DNA from: Okamejei kenojei
Lineage: Eukaryota
Reading direction: 5' to 3'
DNA: 64,000 bases
NCBI GenBank assembly: GCA_035221665.1
Contig: CM069137.1
Coordinates: 25,420,001-25,484,000 of the forward strand
The position numbers were made by a program, and so were the translations under genes. The notes under the pieces are model-generated. The model was not told the DNA's origin and searched no databases. It saw only the letters and a list, made by a program, of their open reading frames with translations. Of this stretch, positions 26,201 through 36,880 are shown in pieces. Each line of letters starts with the position of its first letter. The first letter of the stretch is position 1.

Positions 26201-27599
26201 CTCCGAGTTAGTTTGAAAGGAGTGCAGGTGATGATGTTGCAATTAAAGTTCAAATTGAAAGCTGTTTAAAGCCACTGGAATGCAAAATATCATATTAATG
26301 CATGGTATTTTGTTCATTTTACATTTCATTATCTTTGATAGTTTCTTGGTGTTTTTACTACTTGCAGTGTTTATACTTGTTTCATTTGCAATATTTATTC
26401 ATACAAACTCTTTTTTTTAAAGAGTTATGGTTTTTACTGTTCTGTAAGCCTTGACTAGTTTTTACTCAACCCTGAATGAGTTTAGACCTAACTCAGATAT
26501 CTCTGTATTGGAAGGTAACAGATCAGTTATTACATAAAAATGTGTTATTGCTGCTGGATTACAAAGTTTATTTGAGTTCTGAATTGGTTTAAGTGTGAAA
26601 TGTGCCTTAAGGGAAATACAAATTATATCTTCCCTATTTACAGGCAAGTGGATTGCTCCCAACCTAATGTTAGATTAATAATATTTACAATTGTGTGCAA
26701 TTGATTACAATTCAGAGATATCCAACTCCAGTCTTGTTATGTTGTTATTTCCCCAATATGAAATTGAATGGTTGAAATGAAATAAGGCTGCCACAGTTGC
26801 CAATTCAATCCTGCATTGCTACATTTCAGCAAAAAACTAAAGAATGGACCCAAGAAAACAATTTTGTTTCTGATACAGAACAGGTGTTTCAATTAATTCA
26901 TCGTATCTGCTCAGTGGTTATCACCTCTGATTCACTATGTCATGGGGTCAAGTCCCACTTCAGAGTATTAAGGACAGACATGAAAGGTGATATTCCATTA
27001 CAGAACCTTTGGATGGCTCTTTAAAATGCATGGTACAACCTCAATCTTGAGAAGTAAAATAGAGGAATTACCATTGATGGCCTGGTAAAAATTTATATAT
27101 TTTACAAATGTATTAAAATAGACTCTTTGGTTATTAGCATTTTATTATTTGTAGGAGTTTGCTGTGTACAAATCAGACAGGAAAGTCGACTTAAAGTTAC
27201 AAAAACACTTAACGGGCCATAAAGTGATAAAAATGAGTGGTGCTGATCTGAATGGGACGGGAAAGGATCAATAAATATGCAAACTTTTCTTTTTGTAATG
27301 AATAGTTTGGTAATTGTGCAATCTGTTCTTTGACATGAACCTCTATTTACACCAATTATATGTGTTTTATTATTTTTGGTATGCTTGGTATTTGTGTTGA
27401 TATCAGTGATGTTTCAATGATATAACTTCTCCCAACTTCTGCACCATTTTGATCAGCCTTCAAATGATAAAAGCAGAGAGGGACAGGGGGTTAAATGCTG
27501 TTCCCTCACAGGGGAGTGACAATTAGGGGACCAGGAAAAGGACAAGTCATTTGTAGGTGAGATACTCAGCTGAGAAACTTGCACATCTTCAAATCGGCC

Positions 27600-27845
27600 T
27601 GTGTGGGAAGGAACTGCAGATTCTGGTTTAAATCGAAGATTGACACAAAAAAACAGTAGTAACTCAGTGGGACAGGCAGCATCTTTGGAGAGAAGGTGTA
27701 GGTGCTTTCGGGCCGAGACCCTTCTTCAGTGGTAACGAAGAAACTGCAGATGCTGGAGAATCGAGGGTTACACAAAAAGCTGATAGATGCTGCTGCACCC
27801 GCTGAGTTTCTCCAGCTTTTTGTGTAACCCCCCCCCTTCTTCAGT
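27600..27845. mobile_element. Penelope-like pLTR fragments (nested/inverted)
   Basis: aactgcagatgctgg...aactcag...ggcagcatct...tttcgggccgagacccttcttcag; 18-bp inverted repeat gggttacacaaaaagctg / cagctttttgtgtaaccc. Confidence 0.7.
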
Positions 27846-29059
27846 GGACTGTGTTTGTTTAGCCCCTAAAGTAGTGTAAATCTGAGAAAATAAGGATCAG
27901 GCAGGATAGTGGACTCAAGGTGTAGCAATAGCTTTGACCTCATGGAAGAGTAGAGCATACTCAAGGGGTTACTTTTGCATTAATTCCTTGTCTAATATTA
28001 TTATATTTGTGTGTCGTCCAGTTCAGCTGAAGACTACATTCAAAATGTTAAGGTTCCCTCTTTTCAAGTGCTGCTGGTTCACTGTACGTTTATATTATGC
28101 AGATTGAATTAGATGATATAAGCCAAACTATTTTTCCTTTCTCTATTTTACATGTAAAGCAAATGAAATACAAACAGTGGCCAATGAAGTCATGCAATTC
28201 AATTAGTGTGCGATTTATTGCATTTATTATTTAACAATAATTAATCTGAAACATTTGTACTTTACTGGAATAAAAGCAAATTAAGGTAGAAATGAGTGCT
28301 GTTGACCATTTAGAATGTAGCTGAGCCAGCGATCTGTGTTAAAGTGTGCAATTACCATTAATTGTTTCTACTTATATATAACATTCATTTTCATGTGGCA
28401 AACTAAGCTAACTTATACAATTATTTTTTTGAATTGTAGCTTTATTTATTAATGTACAGTTAATTAAAATTAGATCTAGAAAGTCCCAGAAAATTATGAT
28501 CTAATGTACATTCCATGTAAAGTGGTAATTGATGGTAATATTGCCATGATATTAATAAAACAGCATCAGTTCCCCAGTGCTTTTCTGGAATTATGGACTC
28601 CAACTTGGAAGATACCTGACTACTAGATAACTACATATCTTGCCCAATTACTTCACCAATGACACCCTTAATCATTGCACACACTCAGAAAGGCTTACCA
28701 AATAAATGTTAGGAATGTGATTCCTTCTAGATACTTGAACTCACAATGAAGAAGAATCAACCAATTAAAATTTAAAAAATGCTTTGAAAATTCCCACATT
28801 TGATTCAAATGTGGAACCTATGGTTGAACGTTCAACCATAAATGCAGGTTTTGAGAATATAATGTAAGAACTTAAGAAATAAAAAGAGGAGATGGTACCT
28901 GTCAGTAAAGTATTTTACCACTGTGCCAAATTGCTCTACCTTAATATTCATAAATCTATTGCTTTTTCCACAGCACATCGTCCCGATACTGTGAAAAACG
29001 TTCTTTTCTTGCTATCCAGTCAAATCATACTCAGTACAAACAAGTAAAACAGGTAATGC

Positions 29060-29525
29060 AAAGAAAACAATTCCCAATTGCACCGTCAGCGATGCAACCA
29101 CGAGCCGGATTGAAAACACACACACACACACGCCTTGTCTGCAATTCACACCCACGATGAAGACCAAGGTAAAAGACGGCTGCACAGTGTACGGTAAGTA
29201 ATTTAGAGAGCACGGGGGGGGGGGGGGGGGGGAGAAGGGGGGGAAACACCTTTAAGAAGCCAGACAACTTTTAATAAAGTTTAGCGGGCATTTAATTTAC
29301 CGGTCGATTTTCCTTGGTCCTGAAAACGCCAATGAGCCAATTAAAATGCCCGACCAGTGAAGGAGATTGCCTACGGCTGCCTATAACTCCATAGCGATTC
29401 ACTCCACTGCAGTAAGAGTTGAAAAGAACCATGTCGACCAATTTTTACTCACGGAAAATTTTTCAACATGCTGAAAAATTTTCCTCGACCAAACTTAGGC
29501 CACGAGTATGTGGGAACTTACCTCA
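29060..29525 (+). mobile_element. Internal fragment of the Harbinger-type MITE family
   Basis: Shares ggtaaaagacggctg...gtacggtaagt, ccaatgagccaat and ggagattgcctacggctgcc with 63030-63280 and 63480-63800; TIRs not seen. Confidence 0.7.
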
Positions 29526-29646
29526 AAGTCATTTTTTTGCTTTTATAACTAAAGCAGAATGTTACTCTCTGCTGGACTAAAAGATTGCCATACCTAGGCC
29601 ACATAACATGGAAACAGGCTGTTCAGCTCACCATGTTCATGCTGAT

Positions 29647-30235
29647 GTAATGCTGAGGCTCTATAAGGCGCTGGTCAGGCGCATTTAGAATATTGTGAGC
29701 AATTTTGGGCACCATATCTCAGGAAGGACGTGCTGGCTCTGGAGAGGGTCCAGGGGAGGTTTACAAGAATGATCCCAGGAATGAGTAGATTAACAATTTT
29801 ATTGGTGTTTGACGCCACTCAGCCTCTATTCGCTGGAGTTTAGAAGAATGAGGAGGGGACCTCATTGAAACGTACAGAATAGTGAAAGGCTTGGAAAAGT
29901 GGATGTGGAGAAGATGTTTCCATTAGTGGGAGAGTCTAGGTCTAGAGGTCATAGCCTCAGAATTAAAGGATGTTCTTTTAGAAAGGAGATGAGGAGGAAT
30001 TTCTTTCTTTAGTCAGAGGGCGGTGAATCTGTGGAATTCTTTGCCACAGAAGGCAATGGAGGCAAAGTCAGTGGATATATTTAAGGCAGAGATAGATAGA
30101 TTCTTGATTGGTGCAGGTGTCAGAGGTTATGAGGAAGGCAGGAGAATGGGGTTAGGAGGGAGAGATAGATCAGCCATAATTGAATGGCATAGACTTGATG
30201 GGCCAAATGGCCTAATTCTGCTCCTATCGCATGAT
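29647..30235 (+). mobile_element. CR1 LINE 3' fragment
   Basis: LYKALVR..LEYC region through NLWNSLPQK and 3' UTR. Confidence 0.9.
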
Positions 30236-30498
30236 TATTACCTATTTATCCAAATCACATTTACCAGCATTGACTCTTAACGTTCTACATCTGGGAAATT
30301 CATGTTCTCATTTAGTTACTTCTTAAATGTTGCTACTGTCAGTACCTCCACGATCCCTCGGGCAATTTGTTCCACATTCTAGTCACCCTCCATTTGATAA
30401 AAATCTTCCTCATTTTCCCACCAAAGTCTCCTCTCTAAACTAATGCTCTCTAATTATATACACCTTAAGACATCAGTAAACACACATCCCTGCTGCTC

Positions 30499-30639
30499 TC
30501 TTCTTCTTCTTGCGTATGGCGTGCACAGCCCAAGTTGTAGGCCAACTTGTTCTATTTGATCTTATTTCATTGTGCACGCCAGGTTGATTGCATTCGTTGA
30601 AACAGGGTGAACCACGTGAAGGTTGCAATCTCCCATCCC
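30499..30639 (-). mobile_element. 141-bp non-autonomous retroposon with 5' HDV-like ribozyme and (GAA)n tail (possibly Ingi/Vingi-related)
   Basis: 10-bp TSD cctgctgctc (30489-30498, 30640-30649); minus-strand 3' end ...CCATACGCAAGAAGAAGAAGA. Confidence 0.85.
30586..30639 (-). ncRNA. HDV/CPEB3-like self-cleaving ribozyme motif
   Basis: GGGAUGG(P1) GA GAUUGCA(P2) ACC(P3) UUCACGU(L3) GGU(P3') UCACCCU(P1') GU UUCAA CGAA UGCAAUC(P2'). P2 7/7, P3 3/3, P1 6/7 with G1-U wobble. Confidence 0.8.
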
Positions 30640-31249
30640 CCTGCTGCTCGCAAACCATTAGTTTGCAAAGTCAATACTCCCTAATGCTGGAATTAGCTTA
30701 TATTGTCCCCAACAATACAGCAATCTTTCCCAACACTAATATTTTCTGGGATTCTTAGAACAGTGAATTGAGATCCTGGAATATGTCCTGTGAGCTGAGT
30801 TCCACTTTGTCTGGTAAATAACCTGCAATCTGGCCTACTTCACCTATCCTAAATTACTCTTACGTTTCATGCCAATACCTTCAGAACGTGAGACCATATT
30901 CTTCCCACCAATCTCAGGGACTGTCCCTAAAGTAATGAGTCAGATTCCTGGTAAGAACTCTAGGCAAAACACCCACATGCTTATTAATCTTTTAAACTAC
31001 TCTAAATAGACATCACAGGGGATGTGTTTGCATAAGAAGGAGGCAATGGAATGATTTTCTGGCATTGTTGTTGGAACCACTGGGCAATTTACCAGTATGC
31101 TGAAAACTTAGCTTTCAATGCGCCTGTGATTAATGTATAACTAATCTGTTGGCTGTATGTGTCACCGGTCTATTGCTGGTATCATGTAAAATATCTACTG
31201 GTGAGTGTACAGGATAAAGGGAAGTGCAATGTAGATTAAGATGTCATTG

Positions 31250-31770
31250 AATATTAGAGGACAGAAGCAGGCTTGTCAGTCTAGAGTGTCTGTGCTGGTT
31301 ATCAAGTACCTTTCTATAATAATCCCATTTTCCAGCACTTTATTTGCTGCCTTCTATGTCATGATATTTCAAGTGCTCTTCTAAATACTCCTTAACTTTG
31401 TGAGAGTAGCTGCCTCCATCATCCCCTGAGGCATTATGGTCTGGATTTCAGCTACTGTCTGGTTAAAAATAATCTACTTGAAGACTATTCTAAATATCTT
31501 CGCCCTTGCCTTAAAATAATACTTTCTGCTAACTGACACCTCTGGTAAAGCGAAAAGTCTCTCACTATCTACCCTATCCATACCCCTCATCATTTTAAAA
31601 ACCTCCTCGTGCCACCTCAACTTTCTCTCTAAGGAAAACACAGACAGCCAGTTTCTCCTCAAGAGGTGAAACGTTCCCTCCTAGATCATATCTTGGTGAC
31701 TCTCCTCTGGGCCCTCTCTAGTGTAATCATATCATTCCTATTGTGTGGTGACCAAAACTGCAGCCAATAC
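31250..31770 (-). mobile_element. Old CR1 3' fragment
   Basis: ORF 31474..31662(-) FSLE...EVFKMMRGMDRVD. Confidence 0.7.
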
Positions 31771-33730
31771 TAGCGATTTATCTAGTGATGATTAAACAGT
31801 GGCACAACTTTGCTCCGCCAACTTCCTTTTCTGTTAAGGTTATTTATCTCTGGACATTTTCATGGGAATTATTCAATTCACCTATTTTTCCTATTATGAT
31901 CGCACTGTTTTGCCAGACAAAGTCGGACACTAAAATGCCTCCCACCCCCCCCCCCCTCCCCCCCCAACCCCCGTGCTGCTTTCCTTCTCTTTGACCATCT
32001 TCTCACCCAGATTCGCTGCTACAGCCATATGTCTTTCCTCAGCACTCTCCCACAATGACATCTTGTCCCACGTGGCTTCCAGCTCCATTTCCAAGGTTCC
32101 CAGTTTGGGGCTACCTGTACTCCATCCATCATTTCCCACAGCAGTTGTATGCCATTTGTGTCCTATACTCTATTTCTCTACCATGTACCTTTCCTTCTGG
32201 CCCTTTCTTAGTCGCCCTCTAGAATGCTAGATTGTTTCAGTTATGACCTTTGTTTGGAAGGAATATCGTTGTAGGTACATAAGGTGAACTTTTTGCAACC
32301 AGAAATTTGCAGAACTCTTAAACTCCAGTTCACTGACCTTCTCCATAACACATAAGGAAGTTAATAAAGTGTTAAGTTTAATTTTGATCTTTCTAAGAGG
32401 ACCATTACTTAATATTGGTTCCAGAAAATTTAGGTGATTTATACCTGCATAAAGTAACCAGATGATTCAAGAGCCACACCACAATTTTATTTATCTGAAC
32501 TTTTAACTCATGGAAGAAGTAACTAAAATAAATAGGCATTTTAATTTCTTCAAATGATCAATGCAATTTTAATTCGATGATTTTCAGCATTGCGTGTAGT
32601 AGTTAATCCCAGAGCTAAATATCGCTGATTCTTTTTATAAAACCATAACAATATATTGGTTTATCATTGGAAAGATTATTTTCCTGAATATCAGCAATCT
32701 GTTACAAAGATTGGCAGGCCTTACACATGCCTCAGTTGAAAATTTCTCATCTTTCTATTCAAGTCTCTTCATGACTTCACCTTTGTATATCTCTATAAGC
32801 TTTTACACTCCTCTGAGAATTCCTGGGTTAAATTTTAGTCTCATCTGCATCTTCATCCCATTTGCCTCATCATAGTCTGCCATGCTTTCACATATTCAGA
32901 CCTTCAACACTAAAATTCATCTAAATTCTCTACTTTTGCTCTTCTCTGAAGATATATTTTTGAATAAGCTTCGGTGCAAGTATATTAATGTCCCTTTCAA
33001 GGGTTCGGTGTTTTCTTTTGACTAGTGAAATTCTAGTGAAATGCCTTGCCGTGCTTTGTTATAATTAAAGGTGGTGTTTGAACTGAGAACTTATTCTTAA
33101 ACTGTGCCCCCTGGTTCAGGTACATCTAAACACAAACTGATATAAATTAAGGATTTTTTAAAATGTTACAAAATTAAGTTAAAGGCAAATTCATGTTAAT
33201 ATTCATCTTTTTGTGGGGAGGAGGAGAGAGGGCTGTTACACTGCCATGATTGGAAGTAGTCATTGAAGCAAAGGTGCATGTTGAATTCTCTCCAAAATCA
33301 ATTTGTCAGATGTTATAGATAATTCAAATTCAAAGAATCCTCGCTTTAAAACAAAGTTCAGCACTTAAAAACTTGGCAAGAAACTCAGTATCAAATTGTA
33401 GAAATGAGTGTGTTTTGGTTCCTTGTGTGATAATACTGAAGACAATGTAAAAGGTTTTGCTTTTCCTTGGCTGTTTCTGACTGATTCCATGCATCATTGT
33501 AACTATCACCTCTTCTGTTTACTCAAATTAAAAACTAAATGAGTTACGTTATTTCTCGACTTGTGCAGAGCAATGACACAGATGGTTGGGAGAAAAAAAA
33601 ATCGAAAGGTACATTTAAATGCTCAAGGATTCATTTGTGTGTACAAACATGCAATACTTCCAGACTTTTAGAGAAATTAATGTTTGTGTTGATCATTTTC
33701 AGAAACAGGCTAGTATAATTTGCAACTAAT

Positions 33731-34979
33731 AAACCATATAACCATATAACCATATAACAATTACAGCACGGAGACAGGCCCTCTCGGCCCTTCCAGTCCG
33801 TGCCGACCATTTGTTTTCCCCTAGTCCCATCTACCTGCACTCAGACCATACCCCTCCATTCCCTTCACGTCCATATACCTATCCACTTTACTTTTAAATG
33901 TTAAAATCGATCCTGCCTCCACCACCTCTGCTGGAAGCTCATTCCACACAGCCACCACCCTCTGAGTAAAGAAGTTCCCCCTCACGTTACCCCTAAACTT
34001 CTGTCCCTTAATTATCATGTCATGCCCTCTTGTTTGAATCTTCCCTACCCTCAATGGGAAAAGCTTATCCACGTCAACTCTGTCTATCCCTTTCATCATT
34101 TTAAAGACCTCAATCAAGTCACCCCTTAACCTTCTGCGTCCAGAGAATAAAGACCTAACTTGTTCAACCTTTCTCTGTAACATAGTTGCTGGAACCCTGG
34201 CAACATTCTAGTAAATCTCCTCTGTACTCTCTCTATTTTGTTGACATCCTTCCTATAACTAGGCGACCAAAATTGTACACCATACTCCAGAATTGGTCTT
34301 ACCAATGCCTTGTACAATTTTAACATTACTTCCCTACTCCTATATTCAATGCTCTGATTTATAAAGGCCAGCACACCAAAGGCTTTCTTTACCACCCTAT
34401 CTACATGCGATTCCACCTTCAGGGTTACTATGCACAGTTATTCCTTAGATCCCTCTGTTCCACAGCATTCCTCAATTCCCTACCATTTACCATGTACGTC
34501 CTATTTTGATTTGTCCTGCCAAGATGTAGCACTTCACACTTATCAGCATTAAACTCCATCTGCCATCTTTCAGCCCACTTTTCCAAATGGCCCAAATCTC
34601 TCTGTAGACTTTGAGAATCTACTTCATTATCCACAATACCACCTATCTTAGTATCATCTGCATACTTACTTATCCAATTTTCCACCCCATCATCCAGATC
34701 ATTGATGTACATGACAAACAACAGTGGACCCAACACAGATCCCTGAGGCACCCCACTGGTCACCGGCTTCCAACCTGACAAACAGCCATCCACCATTACT
34801 CTCTGACATCTCCCATTCAGCCACTGTTGAATCCATCTTGCTACTCCGCCATTAACACCCAAAGATTGAACCTTCTGAACCAACCTTCCATGGGGAACCT
34901 TGTCAAAGGCCTTACTGAAATCCATATAGACAACATCCACTGCTTTACCCTCATCAATTTCCCTAGTTACCGCTTCAAA
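33731..34979 (-). mobile_element. 5'-truncated CR1 LINE, second subfamily (HER1-like)
   Basis: ORFs [41 protein letters not shown]; (atatggtt)n tail. Confidence 0.95.
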
Positions 34980-35187
34980 AAAATACCAATAAAAAAATGG
35001 TTACCAATTTTTCATGTTGAAATTTACCAATATAAATACTGTGACATGACAACTACCTTTTGCTTACATCCTCCACAATAAAGCCTCGCTTAAGAAAAAG
35101 TTTGTTTTTGTGAATTTTAACTCCAAATAATATCTTTCCAATAAAAGATATTAAGGAAGTATTTGGAAATATCTATAGTACACGGTG

Positions 35188-35500
35188 GATGGCACAGTGG
35201 CACAGCTGTAGAGTTTCCGCCTTACAGTTCCAGAAACTTGGGTTTAATCCTGACTACAAGTGCCGCTGTACAAAGTTTGTACATTCTCCCTGTGACCACA
35301 TGGGTTTCCTCCGGGTGCTCTGGTTTCCTCTCACAATCAAAAGATGGGTAGGTTTGTAGGCTTCTGTAAATTGCCCCTAGTGTGTAGGATGAAAAACTGG
35401 GATAAGATGAAACAAGTGTACCAGTGATCATTGGTTGGTGTGGACTTGGTGGGCTGAAGGGCTTGTTTCCAGCCTGTATCTCTAATCCAAACCAAACTAC
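35188..35500 (+). mobile_element. V-SINE (HE1-like)
   Basis: ggcacagtggcacagc head, gggtttcctccgggtgctctggtttcctctcaca V domain, CR1-like tail. Confidence 0.85.
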
Positions 35501-36264
35501 ACTATTTGTAGTTGGAAACCAGATATATCTCTACAGTTGTTTTTAAACTTACCCAGATAATTTTTGTATCTTCTTTAATGCCTTCCCAAAGCAATACGTA
35601 TGTATTGATATAAGAAAATAAAGTAATTTGCCTCAATTTTGAAAGTGTTTTCCCATTACAATTAGGAGAATTAGGAGAATTTCAGCTAGCAGCAAATTTT
35701 TCCAGTAATAAATATTTTCCTGTGGAAGCATCACAGTTAAGAACAAATGGTCTCTACATTCTGGTGCTGTAAAGATAGTTTTCAGTCATCAGATGGATGA
35801 TAAAGAATGTCTATATCCTCCAAATGTATCAAAAACATGCATTCATAACTTATGATTCATGTTCAAGTTTATCCAAACATGTTGGGAATACGAGGCTGCT
35901 GTGACATTCTCATTGTAATTCCACGAATCAAGTGCAAGGAACTGAAAATGAAGCATTTGTAATCCCATACAGAAATGAGCCTTTTGAATTCTGACCCAAA
36001 AATGTTTTGATAAATTCCCCACTGAGTTTTTGAAAGCCCGGATAGATATAGTTCCAAAAAGTCACAATGGTGAAAAGGCCCCATACACCATGAAGAACTT
36101 GAGATATTAAAGCATTTCCAGTCCTTACGGTGGCAAATACTCTCCCTGTATCACAAAGGATCCTAGCTAACAAGCAGTGTTTCTTCCAAAAAGTTAGTAA
36201 AGACCACAGTACCAAAGTGCAAATTGAAGCAGTAAACAATCTGATTTACTGAACAATAATAATA

Positions 36265-36880
36265 AGTACCGAAAAATTCTACAAATACTCAGATCAGGCT
36301 ACTTCTGTGGGAAGAGAAACTGAGTTAACGTTTCAGGTTGAAGACCATTTTCAGAACTTGGAAAGAGACAAAATGAGCTTGTTAAGCTGCAGAGAGAGAG
36401 TGAGCGTGTGGTGCGACTCTGACAGGGTAAAACCAGATAATGTGTGAACAAGCATGTCTGGTCAGTGAGTAAATGGGTGCCATTAGAGAGTGAGAACATG
36501 CATAAAGGGACATGGAGAAAAGAATGTAGGAGTTGCAAAATTCCGAGCAAGAAGTTATGCTGAGCAGATGAGGCCAGGCATGACCTCCACTCAAAAAAAA
36601 GAGGAGGTAAAAAATATACAAGCCATGCCAAAATCACAGATAGACAACAGATACTAACAAAAGCTGGTCACCTTAATCAGTAGAATTCAACATTATTCCA
36701 GAAGTCTGTAATATGCCAAAACAGAAGATGAGGTTCTGTTCCTCAAGCTGGAATTAGGCCTCACTGTAATAGTACAGGAGGTCATAGATCAATAGGTCAG
36801 AGTAGAAATGGGAAGCAGAATGAAAAAGGCAGGCAACAGGAAGCTCTGGGTCGCTCCTGACGATTGAACACAGGTAGTGT
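36265..36880 (-). mobile_element. Decayed Penelope-like element 3' fragment
   Basis: gaagatgaggttctgttcctcaagc (reverse complement encodes LEEQNLIF) and a degenerate pLTR at 36280-36356. Confidence 0.6.

Noticed and set aside
31975-32230. GC-richer stretch with overlapping short ORFs after a C-run
   Set aside because: Probably a decayed TE, but I could not assign any family or motif.
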